Virus record (IMG/VR): IMGVR_UViG_3300030419_006472
Location: 32,001-96,000 of that record
Reading direction: 5' to 3' (one strand)
DNA: 64,000 nt
Source: a virus
Taxonomy: Duplodnaviria; Caudoviricetes
Shown: piece by piece, positions 38,365-48,038 of the stretch
Position numbering within the stretch: position 1 is the stretch's first letter
Layout: each line of letters begins with the position of its first letter
Made by a program: the position numbers and the translations under genes
Notes under the pieces: generated by a model
Seen by the model: only the letters and a program-made list of their open reading frames with translations
What the model was told of the DNA's origin: nothing
Database searches by the model: none

Positions 38365-39453
38365 ATGTCAAAACTGGTTGATAAGGCATTTGCTAAGCTC
38401 CAAAAGCTTAACAGTAATGCTACTACTTTAGAGAAAAACACTCTGAGTAATGTAACAGAGTGGATTGATACAGGTTGTTTAGTATTAAATTCTATCCTAT
38501 CTGGGTCACTACATGGTGGTGTACCTAAGGGTAGAATTACAATTTTCGCTGGAGAGTCTCAATGCGGTAAGACTTTTATTTTAAATAAAATTCTCGCTAA
38601 GGCTCAAAAGCAAGGAATGATACCTATAATATTTGACACGGAGGTCGCTATTGAAAAAGAAGGTGCAGAAAATGTAGGCCTAGATGTTTCTAATGTAAAG
38701 TATGTTCCAATAGATACTGTAGAAAACTGTCGTAATCAAATAATGGCATTTTTAGATGAAGTAGAAAATGAACCAGAACTTCACGGAAAATTTATTATAT
38801 CAATAGATTCCTTAGGTAATTTAGCATCATCAAAAGAAATTATTGATGCTGAGTCTAATAAAGGAGCCATGGACATGGGGCTGCGGGCCAAACAGCTAAA
38901 ATCCATGATGCGTATTATTACATATAAGGCCGCGGTGACCGGTACAACTATTATATGTAGTAATCATACATATGCTGATCCTGGTGCACTCCATCCTACC
39001 TTAGTCAAGCAACAAGCTGGTGGGTCGGGCCCTATGTACATGGCTTCTTTATTAGTCCAAATGGCAGCTAAAAAAGAAAGAACTGACGCTTCAAACGACA
39101 ACGACGAGGCACTATCAGAAAGTAGAAACTATTCTGGAGTTACTCTTAGAATGCTTACCGTAAAAAATAGATTTATTCCAGCATTTTTACAAGCGGAAGC
39201 ATATTTAAATTTCAAAACAGGTTTAGAAAAATATTCTGGATTAAAAGATATTGCCGTATCTCACGGTATTGTACAACAAAATGGTTCTACATATAGTATG
39301 GGGGATAAAAAATTAGGTTATTATAAGAATTGGCGCAATGACGAAGAGACGTGGAAATCTATATTACCTAAGCTAGAATCTTCTATAAATGAAAAATACC
39401 GGTATGGTAAATCATTAGACGAGGGTGCTATATTAGAACAAGAAGATGAGTAA
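38365..39453 (+). CDS. uvsX: RecA-like recombinase UvsX
   Basis: IDTG..VLN..LSG...GG.P, AGESQCGKT, DTE, IDSLGNL, DMG.RAK, NHTY and KNRF. Confidence 0.94.
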   Translation: MSKLVDKAFAKLQKLNSNATTLEKNTLSNVTEWIDTGCLVLNSILSGSLHGGVPKGRITIFAGESQCGKTFILNKILAKAQKQGMIPIIFDTEVAIEKEGAENVGLDVSNVKYVPIDTVENCRNQIMAFLDEVENEPELHGKFIISIDSLGNLASSKEIIDAESNKGAMDMGLRAKQLKSMMRIITYKAAVTGTTIICSNHTYADPGALHPTLVKQQAGGSGPMYMASLLVQMAAKKERTDASNDNDEALSESRNYSGVTLRMLTVKNRFIPAFLQAEAYLNFKTGLEKYSGLKDIAVSHGIVQQNGSTYSMGDKKLGYYKNWRNDEETWKSILPKLESSINEKYRYGKSLDEGAILEQEDE

Positions 39454-40156
39454 AGCAGTTGTACCTATTTCAGGAGGCTTAGATAGTTCCGTAATCTTAA
39501 GTATTGCATCACAAAAACATGACGAGGTATACGCATTAACATACAACTATGGTCAAAAACATAATAAAGAAATTGAATATGCTAAGCTTCAAGTTGAGCG
39601 TTATAATCGGCAGCTAGATGGTCTGAATAATAATATTAAAGAACATAAGATTATAGATATAACTTTTTTTAGAGATATTGCTCCAACCTCCTCACTCACA
39701 AATAATAATATAAAAGTAGCACATGCTCGAGATGTATTAGGAGACGCTCAGACTGTAAACTATGTACCGTTTCGTAATATGATGATGCTGTCTATTGCAT
39801 GTTCATATGCTGAAGCAGTCGAAGCTGATACTGTTTATCATGGATCAGCTTTGGTAGATAGTCAAGCTGGGTACTGGGATGGTAGTAAAGAATTTTTAAC
39901 TGAAATTAATAGCGTTACAAGTTTAAATAGAAAAAATCTAATTAAAATAGAGGCACCATTAATTGAACTATCCAAGAGAGAAATCATAAAGATAGGATTA
40001 GATAATGGTGTGTGTTTCGAAGATACTTGGACTTGTTATGAAGGTGAAGAAATTGCATGCGGTTATTGTACTGCTTGTAGTTCACGTATACAAGGCTTTT
40101 TAGAGAATAAAATTAAAGACCCAATTAAATATGAGCGAACAGATATACCATGGTAA
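39446..40156 (+). CDS. queC: 7-cyano-7-deazaguanine (preQ0) synthase
   Basis: SGGLDS, YGQKH..E, YVPFRN and TWTCY...CG.C..C..R. Confidence 0.95.
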   Translation: MSKAVVPISGGLDSSVILSIASQKHDEVYALTYNYGQKHNKEIEYAKLQVERYNRQLDGLNNNIKEHKIIDITFFRDIAPTSSLTNNNIKVAHARDVLGDAQTVNYVPFRNMMMLSIACSYAEAVEADTVYHGSALVDSQAGYWDGSKEFLTEINSVTSLNRKNLIKIEAPLIELSKREIIKIGLDNGVCFEDTWTCYEGEEIACGYCTACSSRIQGFLENKIKDPIKYERTDIPW

Positions 40157-41087
40157 AGAGCTAGAATATTCTGATATATTATTAGTACCAGGATATAGTC
40201 AATTAGATACTCGAAACAACGCCGACACATCTTTTAAATTAGGTAAGTTTACATTTAATCTACCGGTTGTTCCATCTAATATGGAAACGGTAATAGATCT
40301 CAAACTCTGTAAGCAATTAGATGATAATAATTATTTTTATATTATGCATCGATTTCAGGATGTGTTTGAAACGGTGCGACAACTTAATGAGCTCAATTGT
40401 AATTGTGTAAGTGTCAGTATAGGGGTAAATGAAAAATCATATCAAGAATTAGAAGCGATTATAGATAATAATTATAAAGTTGATATAATTACAATTGACG
40501 TTGCGCACGGACATCATCAAAAAGTCGGTAATATGATTAGATACGTAAAAAGGAATTTACCTCATGTAATAGTTATCGCTGGTAATGTTGGAACATATGC
40601 TGGGTTCCATTTTTTAGAAGACGCAGGTGCTGACGTTGTTAAAGTAGGAATCGGATCTGGAGTTATTTGTACTACGAGATATAAAACAGGCTTTGGTACA
40701 CCAATGTTTTCAACGTTGTTAAAAATTACTTCACATAAAACAAAAGCTAAAATAATGGCTGATGGTGGTTGTCGAGAATTTGGAGATGTCGCAAAAGCAT
40801 TAGTTGCTGGAGCAGACTGTGTAATGGCTGGTTCATTCTTTGCAGGGTGTGTTGACTCACCAGCTAAAATTGTTGATGGGTGTAAGGAGTATTATGGAAG
40901 CACTTCATATACACAAAAGGGAGATAAATTAAATTTCGTTGAAGGGAGACAAATAGAAATAGACTTAGCTCCAGAGTATAATATTAGATTAAAAGAAATC
41001 GAAAAAGCTCTTAAGAGCTCTATTTCATACGCCGGGTGTAAAGATTTAAGTTGCCTGAGTGATACAAAGTTCATACAATTAAAATAA
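40131..41087 (+). CDS. guaC: GMP reductase (IMPDH/GMPR family, no CBS domain)
   Basis: YSDILLVP, PSNM, IDVAHGH, AGNV, KVGIGSGVICTTR, ADGG, YYGS, VEG and SSISYAG. Confidence 0.9.
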   Translation: MSEQIYHGKELEYSDILLVPGYSQLDTRNNADTSFKLGKFTFNLPVVPSNMETVIDLKLCKQLDDNNYFYIMHRFQDVFETVRQLNELNCNCVSVSIGVNEKSYQELEAIIDNNYKVDIITIDVAHGHHQKVGNMIRYVKRNLPHVIVIAGNVGTYAGFHFLEDAGADVVKVGIGSGVICTTRYKTGFGTPMFSTLLKITSHKTKAKIMADGGCREFGDVAKALVAGADCVMAGSFFAGCVDSPAKIVDGCKEYYGSTSYTQKGDKLNFVEGRQIEIDLAPEYNIRLKEIEKALKSSISYAGCKDLSCLSDTKFIQLK

Positions 41088-41088
41088 T

Positions 41089-41727
41089 ATGTGCGGTATT
41101 TTTGGTTCAACAGATATTAAAACATTTAGAGAGCTATATACAAAGAACTCAGAAAGGGGTAATTTTGTACGTAGTGTAACAATGATATTTCCTAGCGGAA
41201 TGAAAAATAATGTCCGCGTAATGACGAAATACGAACAAGATTTTAATAGACATATAGAAGAAAATCCATTTTGTTTATATTACTTAGGGCATGTACAGTC
41301 CCCTACGACAGAAGTTAGAACCTTTAATATTGATACATCACATCCATTTTCATATAAAAATACATATTTAGCGCATAACGGTGTACTACAAAATTTTGAT
41401 AAATTAAAAGAAAAATACACATTATCAGGTAAGGTAAATAAAGTAGATAGTAGTATAATATTACCATTGATATATATGTCTGGTATACAAAACGCTTTAT
41501 CGGAAATTGAAGGGACATTTGGATGCTGGATGTATGAACCAGATATGGGTAGGTTACGTATTTTTAGATCCGGTTCTACATTATTTACTGATAATAAATC
41601 TTTTAGTTCGGCGCCATTTTCGGAATGGGAGATGGCGGAAGAGGGTACAGTATATGAATTTAATTTTAGTAAAAATACCTTTACTAAAACTAATACATTT
41701 AAATTAAATTCTCCATTTTTTATATGA
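41089..41727 (+). CDS. Stand-alone class II (Ntn) glutamine amidotransferase, Gat-QueC-like partner
   Basis: N-terminal MCGIFG nucleophile, ERG, LGH...PT, SHPF, AHNG and VDS. Confidence 0.88.
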   Translation: MCGIFGSTDIKTFRELYTKNSERGNFVRSVTMIFPSGMKNNVRVMTKYEQDFNRHIEENPFCLYYLGHVQSPTTEVRTFNIDTSHPFSYKNTYLAHNGVLQNFDKLKEKYTLSGKVNKVDSSIILPLIYMSGIQNALSEIEGTFGCWMYEPDMGRLRIFRSGSTLFTDNKSFSSAPFSEWEMAEEGTVYEFNFSKNTFTKTNTFKLNSPFFI

Positions 41728-42425
41728 AAACTTTAATCGCAGTCGCCACAAAACATAACGGTTCAAGCTTTAAACGAACTAAATTATCTCAAAGCTTAAC
41801 ATACCACGAAAATAACACCATTACCACTTTCGACCTTGAACCTACATATAATAATACTAGTGGCTTGTGTTCTGTATATAATCATTATTTGTCTTCAAAT
41901 AATCTAAGACAATATGATTGTATTTTATTTGTTCACGACGATGTGTTTATTGATAGTATAAATTTTTTAAAACAAATCCGCACTCAATTCCAACGAGGAT
42001 TTGATGTAGTAGGATTAGCTGGTGGTAGTAAATTACGAGTTCAAAAACCTTGTTTATGGCATTTAATGTGTAATCCAACTACATTATCTGGAATAGTATC
42101 ACATTATACAAAAGCTACCGAATACTCACCAACTATATTCGGACCAACTCCACAGGAAGTAATCTTACTTGACGGGTTGTTTTTTGCTGTACGTACTAAA
42201 TCCATTGTACAAGAAAAAATAAGATTTGATAATAACCTTAAAGGATTTCATCATTATGATTTAAAGTTTTGCTTAGACTGTCATTTAGCAGGGTTGCGAT
42301 TAACTACTGCTCCTATTCATGTTATTCATGAATCACCCGGTCTTCTCAACCACACAGAGGAGTATAGCAAATCAGAAGATTACTTCTATAATACTGTCGT
42401 TAAATATGCTAACAAACGAAAGTAA
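41724..42425 (+). CDS. GT-A glycosyltransferase (Glyco_tranf_2_5-like)
   Basis: YN, LFVHDDV, VVGLAG, LDGLF, FHHYD and HES.G. Confidence 0.82.
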   Translation: MKTLIAVATKHNGSSFKRTKLSQSLTYHENNTITTFDLEPTYNNTSGLCSVYNHYLSSNNLRQYDCILFVHDDVFIDSINFLKQIRTQFQRGFDVVGLAGGSKLRVQKPCLWHLMCNPTTLSGIVSHYTKATEYSPTIFGPTPQEVILLDGLFFAVRTKSIVQEKIRFDNNLKGFHHYDLKFCLDCHLAGLRLTTAPIHVIHESPGLLNHTEEYSKSEDYFYNTVVKYANKRK

Positions 42426-43758
42426 TTACTTAGACATAGATTTAGAGTATTTAGAAAAGGTAGTTTTTAAGAACTGTCTAGAAGATGAAATTTATCTAAA
42501 TTCTATTATTGATAATCTTAATTATAAATTTTTTAAGAATAAAGACTTTCAGCAAATAATTAAAATTATTCAAGCACTTTATCGGAAGAATAATAGACGT
42601 CCGACTATTACTGAATTACAATTATATTTAAATACATCACAACTTAAACAGCATTATGAAGCAAGTAAAAAAATCATTGATGTTTTAGAAGTAGAATTAT
42701 CTAATGACTTATTACTTTCTTACACAGAAAAGTTTTTACAAGAACAAGCTGTATTTAATACTTTTTTAGAAATTGTTGATAATAAAGAAAGAGATGTAAA
42801 AAGCATTCATGATAAGTTCTCAAAAGCATGTAACATCTCTATTACGACAAATACAGGTCATAATTATTTTAAAGATGTAGAGCAACATATTACCGACCTA
42901 ACGACACGGGAAGAAAAAATTAAAACAGGCTGGGATTGGCTTGATACTAGATTAGGAGGAGGATTCCTCGAACAAGGGCGTAGTATGTATATTTTTGCTG
43001 GGCCTACTAACGTTGGAAAATCTATATTCTTGAGTAATATAGCAAGTAACGCTGCAGCAGAAGATAAAAATGTTTTAGTTGTTTCTCTTGAAATGTCAGA
43101 AATGATTTATTGTAAACGAATTACATCTAAGCTTACTGGGCTACCTATAAATCATTTAGATGATCATGTCGAAGAATTGAGAGATAGAGTAGGTAAATTC
43201 AAAATAACACACCCTCGAGGAAATATTATAATTAAAGAATTTGCTCCGAGTTCAATTACACCTCCACAATTAGAAGGTTTTATAAAAAAACTAATAAACA
43301 AAAAATTTAAACCTGATATTATTGTACTTGATTATTTAAACTTAATGGCAAGTACATATGGTAATAATTCGTATGAACGAATAAAAAGTATATCTGAACA
43401 AGTAAGAGCAATGTCATATACTTTTGAATGTCCAATTGTATCTGCAACACAAGTAAATAGAACAGGATACGGTACGGGTAATAATGCCGGTGGACCTGGG
43501 TTAGATGCTATTGGTGAGAGTTATGGTCTAGGAGCTACTGCAGATGCAATAGTTAGTATATGGAGAACAGAAGAGGACGAAGAAGATGATGCTCTTCATA
43601 TAGGTATTATTAAAAATCGATTTGGCTCTAACACAGGTAGTACTCGAGTGTCAATAGACTATAACACTCTTACTCTTACAGAGAATAACGATTTGAATAT
43701 AAATGAAGATGTGAACGCTGCGGAAGATGACGCTGTACAATTCGGAAGAGTGATGTAA
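42406..43758 (+). CDS. gp41: Replicative DnaB-like helicase gp41
   Basis: TGW..LD, GPTNVGKS, SLEMSE, LDYLNL, SATQVNR and KNRFG. Start is placed at ATG 42406. Confidence 0.94.
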   Translation: MLTNESNYLDIDLEYLEKVVFKNCLEDEIYLNSIIDNLNYKFFKNKDFQQIIKIIQALYRKNNRRPTITELQLYLNTSQLKQHYEASKKIIDVLEVELSNDLLLSYTEKFLQEQAVFNTFLEIVDNKERDVKSIHDKFSKACNISITTNTGHNYFKDVEQHITDLTTREEKIKTGWDWLDTRLGGGFLEQGRSMYIFAGPTNVGKSIFLSNIASNAAAEDKNVLVVSLEMSEMIYCKRITSKLTGLPINHLDDHVEELRDRVGKFKITHPRGNIIIKEFAPSSITPPQLEGFIKKLINKKFKPDIIVLDYLNLMASTYGNNSYERIKSISEQVRAMSYTFECPIVSATQVNRTGYGTGNNAGGPGLDAIGESYGLGATADAIVSIWRTEEDEEDDALHIGIIKNRFGSNTGSTRVSIDYNTLTLTENNDLNINEDVNAAEDDAVQFGRVM

Positions 43759-43767
43759 ATATATAAA

Positions 43768-43920
43768 ATGTCTGAGGATAACAATAAAGAAAGACCAAAG
43801 ATATACGAACGCAATCCCGATACTAATGTAATACGTTGGAGATATTTAGGAGAACATCCAGAAGATTACGGTTGGCCTCATTATGGTAATATTTTAACAG
43901 AAGAAGAACTAGATGAATAA
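43768..43920 (+). CDS. Small hypothetical protein (50 aa, MSEDNNKERPKIYERNPD...), not in the ORF track
   Basis: Translated by hand; TAAATA upstream; overlaps the start of the next gene. Confidence 0.65.
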   Translation: MSEDNNKERPKIYERNPDTNVIRWRYLGEHPEDYGWPHYGNILTEEELDE

Positions 43921-44812
43921 TAAGGATGAAATAATTTTTACTGACCTAGATCTAGACGGTTGCTGCAGTTACTTAATTTATACATGGTTTAAACAAACTA
44001 AACCAAAAGCTGTTACTTTAAAAGTTTCTAATATACGTGAAAAATTATTAGGATGGCTCAATTATAATAAAATTGAAGATTATAAGAGAGTGTATTTCTT
44101 TGATTTAGATACAACAGAAATTAAAGATTTAATAGACAAAAAAAATGTAGTTATTTTTGATCATCATAAATCTCATGAAGATGATTATTCTTTAGCTAAA
44201 ACATATATTGACGTAGATCAAACATCATGCAGTAAACATTTATATCAAATATTAAATCATATATATCCAAATGTAAATCTTACTAAGGAACAGAAAAAAT
44301 TAATTACATTTGCAAATGATTATGATTGTTACGAATTAAAATACCCTGAGAGTAATAAATTAAATTTTTATCTATGGTACAAAAACGGTGATAAGCTGCA
44401 AAACTTTATTAATGATTTTGAAAATGGTTTCTTCGGATTTACAAACGAACAAAATAAAATAATTAGTTATCATTTTTATAAATTTAAAAAAATGAGGGAA
44501 ACCATAGATTTATTTAAAGCAAAATTATCTATAGGTGGAAAAGAATATAATTTTATTAGTACATTTGCAAATGAATATATTAACGACTTAGGTCAATATA
44601 TAGTTGATACTTATGATTGCGATGTATGTATGATGATTAATTTAAAAAACAAAAGAGTATATCTCCGAAGAAACAGAAATATAGATTTTAATTTAAGTAC
44701 TTTTGCTAAGAAGATATGTGATGGTGGTGGCCATGAATATGCAGCCGGTGGTATGTTAAACGATAATGTGCTTTCTTTGAGCAAGCAATTCGAACCACTA
44801 GATACAAAATGA
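43913..44812 (+). CDS. DHH/DHHA1 phosphoesterase
   Basis: DLDLDG, FDL, FDHH, YD and GGGH..AAG. Confidence 0.9.
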   Translation: MNNKDEIIFTDLDLDGCCSYLIYTWFKQTKPKAVTLKVSNIREKLLGWLNYNKIEDYKRVYFFDLDTTEIKDLIDKKNVVIFDHHKSHEDDYSLAKTYIDVDQTSCSKHLYQILNHIYPNVNLTKEQKKLITFANDYDCYELKYPESNKLNFYLWYKNGDKLQNFINDFENGFFGFTNEQNKIISYHFYKFKKMRETIDLFKAKLSIGGKEYNFISTFANEYINDLGQYIVDTYDCDVCMMINLKNKRVYLRRNRNIDFNLSTFAKKICDGGGHEYAAGGMLNDNVLSLSKQFEPLDTK

Positions 44813-45087
44813 CAGACAGTCCGTATACAATTTTAGAACGAAAAGATATTGTACATATTTTCTTGACATTATGTAGTTTTGTTTCAATTTGCGAGAACCG
44901 AAAAATTAATCTCGCCAATGTATTTTTATTAGTTCTTAAAGAAGAAAAGTATAGAGAATTATTTAAAAAGTCGTTATTATTAGATAGTAATTTTGAATTA
45001 GTTAAATTATTTTTACAACATGATCCTTATTTATATAAAAGTAAATATATAACTAAATATCTCAAAAAAAATTCTATTGATTTATGA
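44809..45087 (+). CDS. Hypothetical protein
   Basis: Coupled to both neighbours by ATGA overlaps. Confidence 0.65.
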   Translation: MTDSPYTILERKDIVHIFLTLCSFVSICENRKINLANVFLLVLKEEKYRELFKKSLLLDSNFELVKLFLQHDPYLYKSKYITKYLKKNSIDL

Positions 45088-45725
45088 GCGAATTATCAGT
45101 TTTTGAAAAAAATATATATAATCTTTATCTGAAGACTTCTAGAAATAAAAAAGGATTCACACCAAGAAAAGATTTTCAAAAACTAGACGATACAAAATAC
45201 GTTCTATTAAAAAAAATATCACGTACTTTAAAAAATAAAAACATAGATCCAGATATATTTTTTAATGCACCATATAAATTATATTCAGAAAAATATGTGC
45301 CTTTAGATTTCTACAGTTCATTTAATGCTATTTCTACATATAAAAAATACGTAACAGAATTAGAATTAACAGAACCTGATCACGAATTTAATATTGTTAA
45401 ATTAAGAGATAGCTTTAAATTTATTTACGATACCTGTGTCAAGAATAATCTTACAACTTGTAATGAATACCTACAGGTAGAATCAGGTATGTATCCAAAT
45501 TTTATTTTAGATTTAAAAAACAGAGACATCAGTTATTATAGTTTATTAGCGCTTAACGTATCAGAGAAAAATATTAAGCTAGAAAAAAATATAGTTGAAT
45601 TTGTATGCAGTAGTTTTTATAATACTTTAAGTAGTTTGAGATCGAAATATACATTTTCGAAAAAAATCAAACCATTGGGAATAAAATTAACGAAAACCAT
45701 TAACGAAATATTAAAAAGAAAATGA
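45084..45725 (+). CDS. Hypothetical protein, possibly gp59-like helicase loader
   Basis: Basic, helical, 213 aa and immediately upstream of gp32, as gp59 is in T4. The function rests on synteny only. Confidence 0.4.
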   Translation: MSELSVFEKNIYNLYLKTSRNKKGFTPRKDFQKLDDTKYVLLKKISRTLKNKNIDPDIFFNAPYKLYSEKYVPLDFYSSFNAISTYKKYVTELELTEPDHEFNIVKLRDSFKFIYDTCVKNNLTTCNEYLQVESGMYPNFILDLKNRDISYYSLLALNVSEKNIKLEKNIVEFVCSSFYNTLSSLRSKYTFSKKIKPLGIKLTKTINEILKRK

Positions 45726-46591
45726 CAACGAAAAATATGTTTGAATCGATTAGAGGAGCAATGGCTCAAGACACGCAAAAGACATCTACTGGTAATATTA
45801 TGCGATTGAAACCAGGTAATACATATGTATTGCGTCTTGTACCGTTTGTAAAAGACCCTAGTAAGACGTTTTTTCATTATTACTCACACGGTTGGGTGAG
45901 TGAAATGACTGGGCAATTTCAGAGTGCAATTAGTCCACAAACGTGGGGAGAAAGAGATCCTATTGCAGAAGCACGATATAGAATCTCACGCACTGGTTCT
46001 GAAGAAGAGAAGGATAAGGCAAAAGCTTTAAACCGTAAAGAGAACTGGCTTGTAAATGTTTATGTAGTAAAGGATCCTGATAACCCAGAGAATGAAGGTA
46101 AGGTGAAGATTCTTAGGTTCGGTCGTCAATTACATAAGATTGTAATGGAAGCTATGGAAGGAGAAGATGCTGATGAATTTGGTGAAAAGATTTTTGACCT
46201 ATCAAAGGAAGGTTGTAACTTTAGAGTTAAAGTTGAAGAGCAGGGAGGATATCCGACATACGTAAGTTCTCGATTTGCTTCACCTTCTCAAATCTCAGGA
46301 GTAACAGGTGATACTATTAAAGATATCTACGAACAGACATTTGACCTAGAAAATGTTTTTCCTGTTAAGAGTTATGACGAACTGCAAACAATGCTTAATG
46401 AGCATTATCATGGTGTTACAGAAGACCCTGGTCAAGAGACTGCTGCAGTACCATCCGCGGTCTCTTCAGATGACGACGATGATGATGATTTGAATTTTGA
46501 TGATTTAGATGCTACTACATCAAAAGACGATTCTAAATCAGCTGCTATTGATGATGATAAAGTCAAAGAACTACTTGATACTTTAGATTAA
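45722..46591 (+). CDS. gp32: Single-stranded DNA-binding protein gp32
   Basis: LRLVP, HGW, SPQTWGERDPI, NVYVVKDPDNPENEGKV, G.NF..K and acidic tail. Confidence 0.92.
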   Translation: MTTKNMFESIRGAMAQDTQKTSTGNIMRLKPGNTYVLRLVPFVKDPSKTFFHYYSHGWVSEMTGQFQSAISPQTWGERDPIAEARYRISRTGSEEEKDKAKALNRKENWLVNVYVVKDPDNPENEGKVKILRFGRQLHKIVMEAMEGEDADEFGEKIFDLSKEGCNFRVKVEEQGGYPTYVSSRFASPSQISGVTGDTIKDIYEQTFDLENVFPVKSYDELQTMLNEHYHGVTEDPGQETAAVPSAVSSDDDDDDDLNFDDLDATTSKDDSKSAAIDDDKVKELLDTLD

Positions 46592-46592
46592 A

Positions 46593-47015
46593 ATGGAAGA
46601 CGAAGTTGCACTAAAAATGTTCATTCATCAAATGAATGATCAAGCTAAGGACCTGAACAAGAATATTGTTCAAAAAAGCGCTACAATGCAGGATATTCCT
46701 GTAGAAAAAGGAATATATAAAAAGAAGAAGAATAAGGTGAATGCTCAGCAATTAGCTGCACAGCAACAAATGCTTATTCAACAGCAACAGCAATTAGCTG
46801 CACAGCAACAAGTCGTTCCTCAACAAGTTATCCCTCAACAACAAGTGACTGGAGATCCCGCTCTGTTAAACAATTTAATAGAGCGGGTGTCTTCCGTTGA
46901 GAAACAACTTACAAAATTCCTGACTCTAATTGAACGGAGACTTGCAAAAAACGCAAAAGAAATTAATATACGAATCAAATTGAACGAAGATAATGATTCT
47001 ACCAATAAAGAATAA
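46593..47015 (+). CDS. Hypothetical Gln-rich coiled-coil protein
   Basis: QQLAAQQQ repeats; lies between gp32 and the clamp. Confidence 0.7.
   Translation: MEDEVALKMFIHQMNDQAKDLNKNIVQKSATMQDIPVEKGIYKKKKNKVNAQQLAAQQQMLIQQQQQLAAQQQVVPQQVIPQQQVTGDPALLNNLIERVSSVEKQLTKFLTLIERRLAKNAKEINIRIKLNEDNDSTNKE
46746..46811 (+). repeat. 24-bp direct repeat encoding QQLAAQQQ
   Basis: cagcaattagctgcacagcaacaa occurs at 46746-46769 and 46788-46811. Confidence 0.9.
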
Positions 47016-47724
47016 AGATAATTTTATTCAAAATTTTCTTAATCCAGTCTCGCGATTAGACTCATCTGTAACACTAGATATAAACGACAATATATCTACT
47101 ATAGTACATAATAATTCTAATATTTTTCTTAAAGCAGAATATAAAATTAACTGGGTAGAGCAACCTGATCAAAATAATATATGTTTACCAGATACAGTTA
47201 AGCTAATTAAAATTTTATCATGTTTAGATGAAGATAATATTGATCTAGAAATACAGACTAATTGTATAAAATATAATAGTAGTTCTAATCGATTTACATA
47301 TCATTTATTTGATAGTAGCATAGCTAAAAACGGTGTATTTAATTTTGATAAAATTGATGACATTACATTTAGTACTAATTTTAAACTGACAAAAGAAAAG
47401 AACAGCGCAATATTAAAAGCACTACCATTCGTTACCGAATCAAGTAAACTATATCTTAAAACTGAAAACACAAATGTGTACGCCGAACTGTCAGATAAAA
47501 AACTACAAAACGTTGACAGTTATACTACAATACTCGCCGAAGAGTATGAAGGAGATAAATTAGATTATGAATTAATTTTAGATATAGAGCTATTTAGACT
47601 AATATCCATATTGAGCTTTTCCGAAGCAACGATATATATAAATAACGAGTATAAAATGCTTATGATTAAACTTCAATTAGAAGGCAGTAATCTTACATTT
47701 GTCAGTACTAGTTATAAAAATTAA
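46993..47724 (+). CDS. Probable sliding clamp gp45
   Basis: 243 aa with a two-domain clamp-like beta/alpha pattern (ICLPDTVKLIKILS; ILDIELFRLI), located in the replication module. Confidence 0.6.
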   Translation: MILPIKNKDNFIQNFLNPVSRLDSSVTLDINDNISTIVHNNSNIFLKAEYKINWVEQPDQNNICLPDTVKLIKILSCLDEDNIDLEIQTNCIKYNSSSNRFTYHLFDSSIAKNGVFNFDKIDDITFSTNFKLTKEKNSAILKALPFVTESSKLYLKTENTNVYAELSDKKLQNVDSYTTILAEEYEGDKLDYELILDIELFRLISILSFSEATIYINNEYKMLMIKLQLEGSNLTFVSTSYKN

Positions 47725-48038
47725 TGAAAAATAAAGTCACAACTTGTGGTTATTTTATCAAGCGCTTAAGGGATAACGGTTATAAAGTCAATAGGATTTT
47801 TTCTGATTATACTTCTGAAGACCCGAGACGCTGGACAATAATGATTAATCCAGAAAAAGCAGCCTTATTTATAACGTGTTATGTTAATTATGACTGGACG
47901 GGTGACTTTAAATTCGAATTACATGATGGGGTGTTATTTAAAAATCTTCAATTAAAAACAGATAGTATGGAGGTTATTATGACTAAATTAATCGAAAAAA
48001 ATATTACGCCCAATGAAAAAACAAATGCCAAAACCTAA
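47724..48038 (+). CDS. Hypothetical protein
   Basis: Operon-coupled 104-aa ORF. Confidence 0.7.
   Translation: MKNKVTTCGYFIKRLRDNGYKVNRIFSDYTSEDPRRWTIMINPEKAALFITCYVNYDWTGDFKFELHDGVLFKNLQLKTDSMEVIMTKLIEKNITPNEKTNAKT

Noticed and set aside
42319-42405. N-terminal extensions given by the ORF track for gp41 (also 16053-16100 for GT32 and 25470-25478 for folE)
   Set aside because: They overlap upstream genes or the -10 box; downstream ATGs fit the coupling and promoter geometry better.
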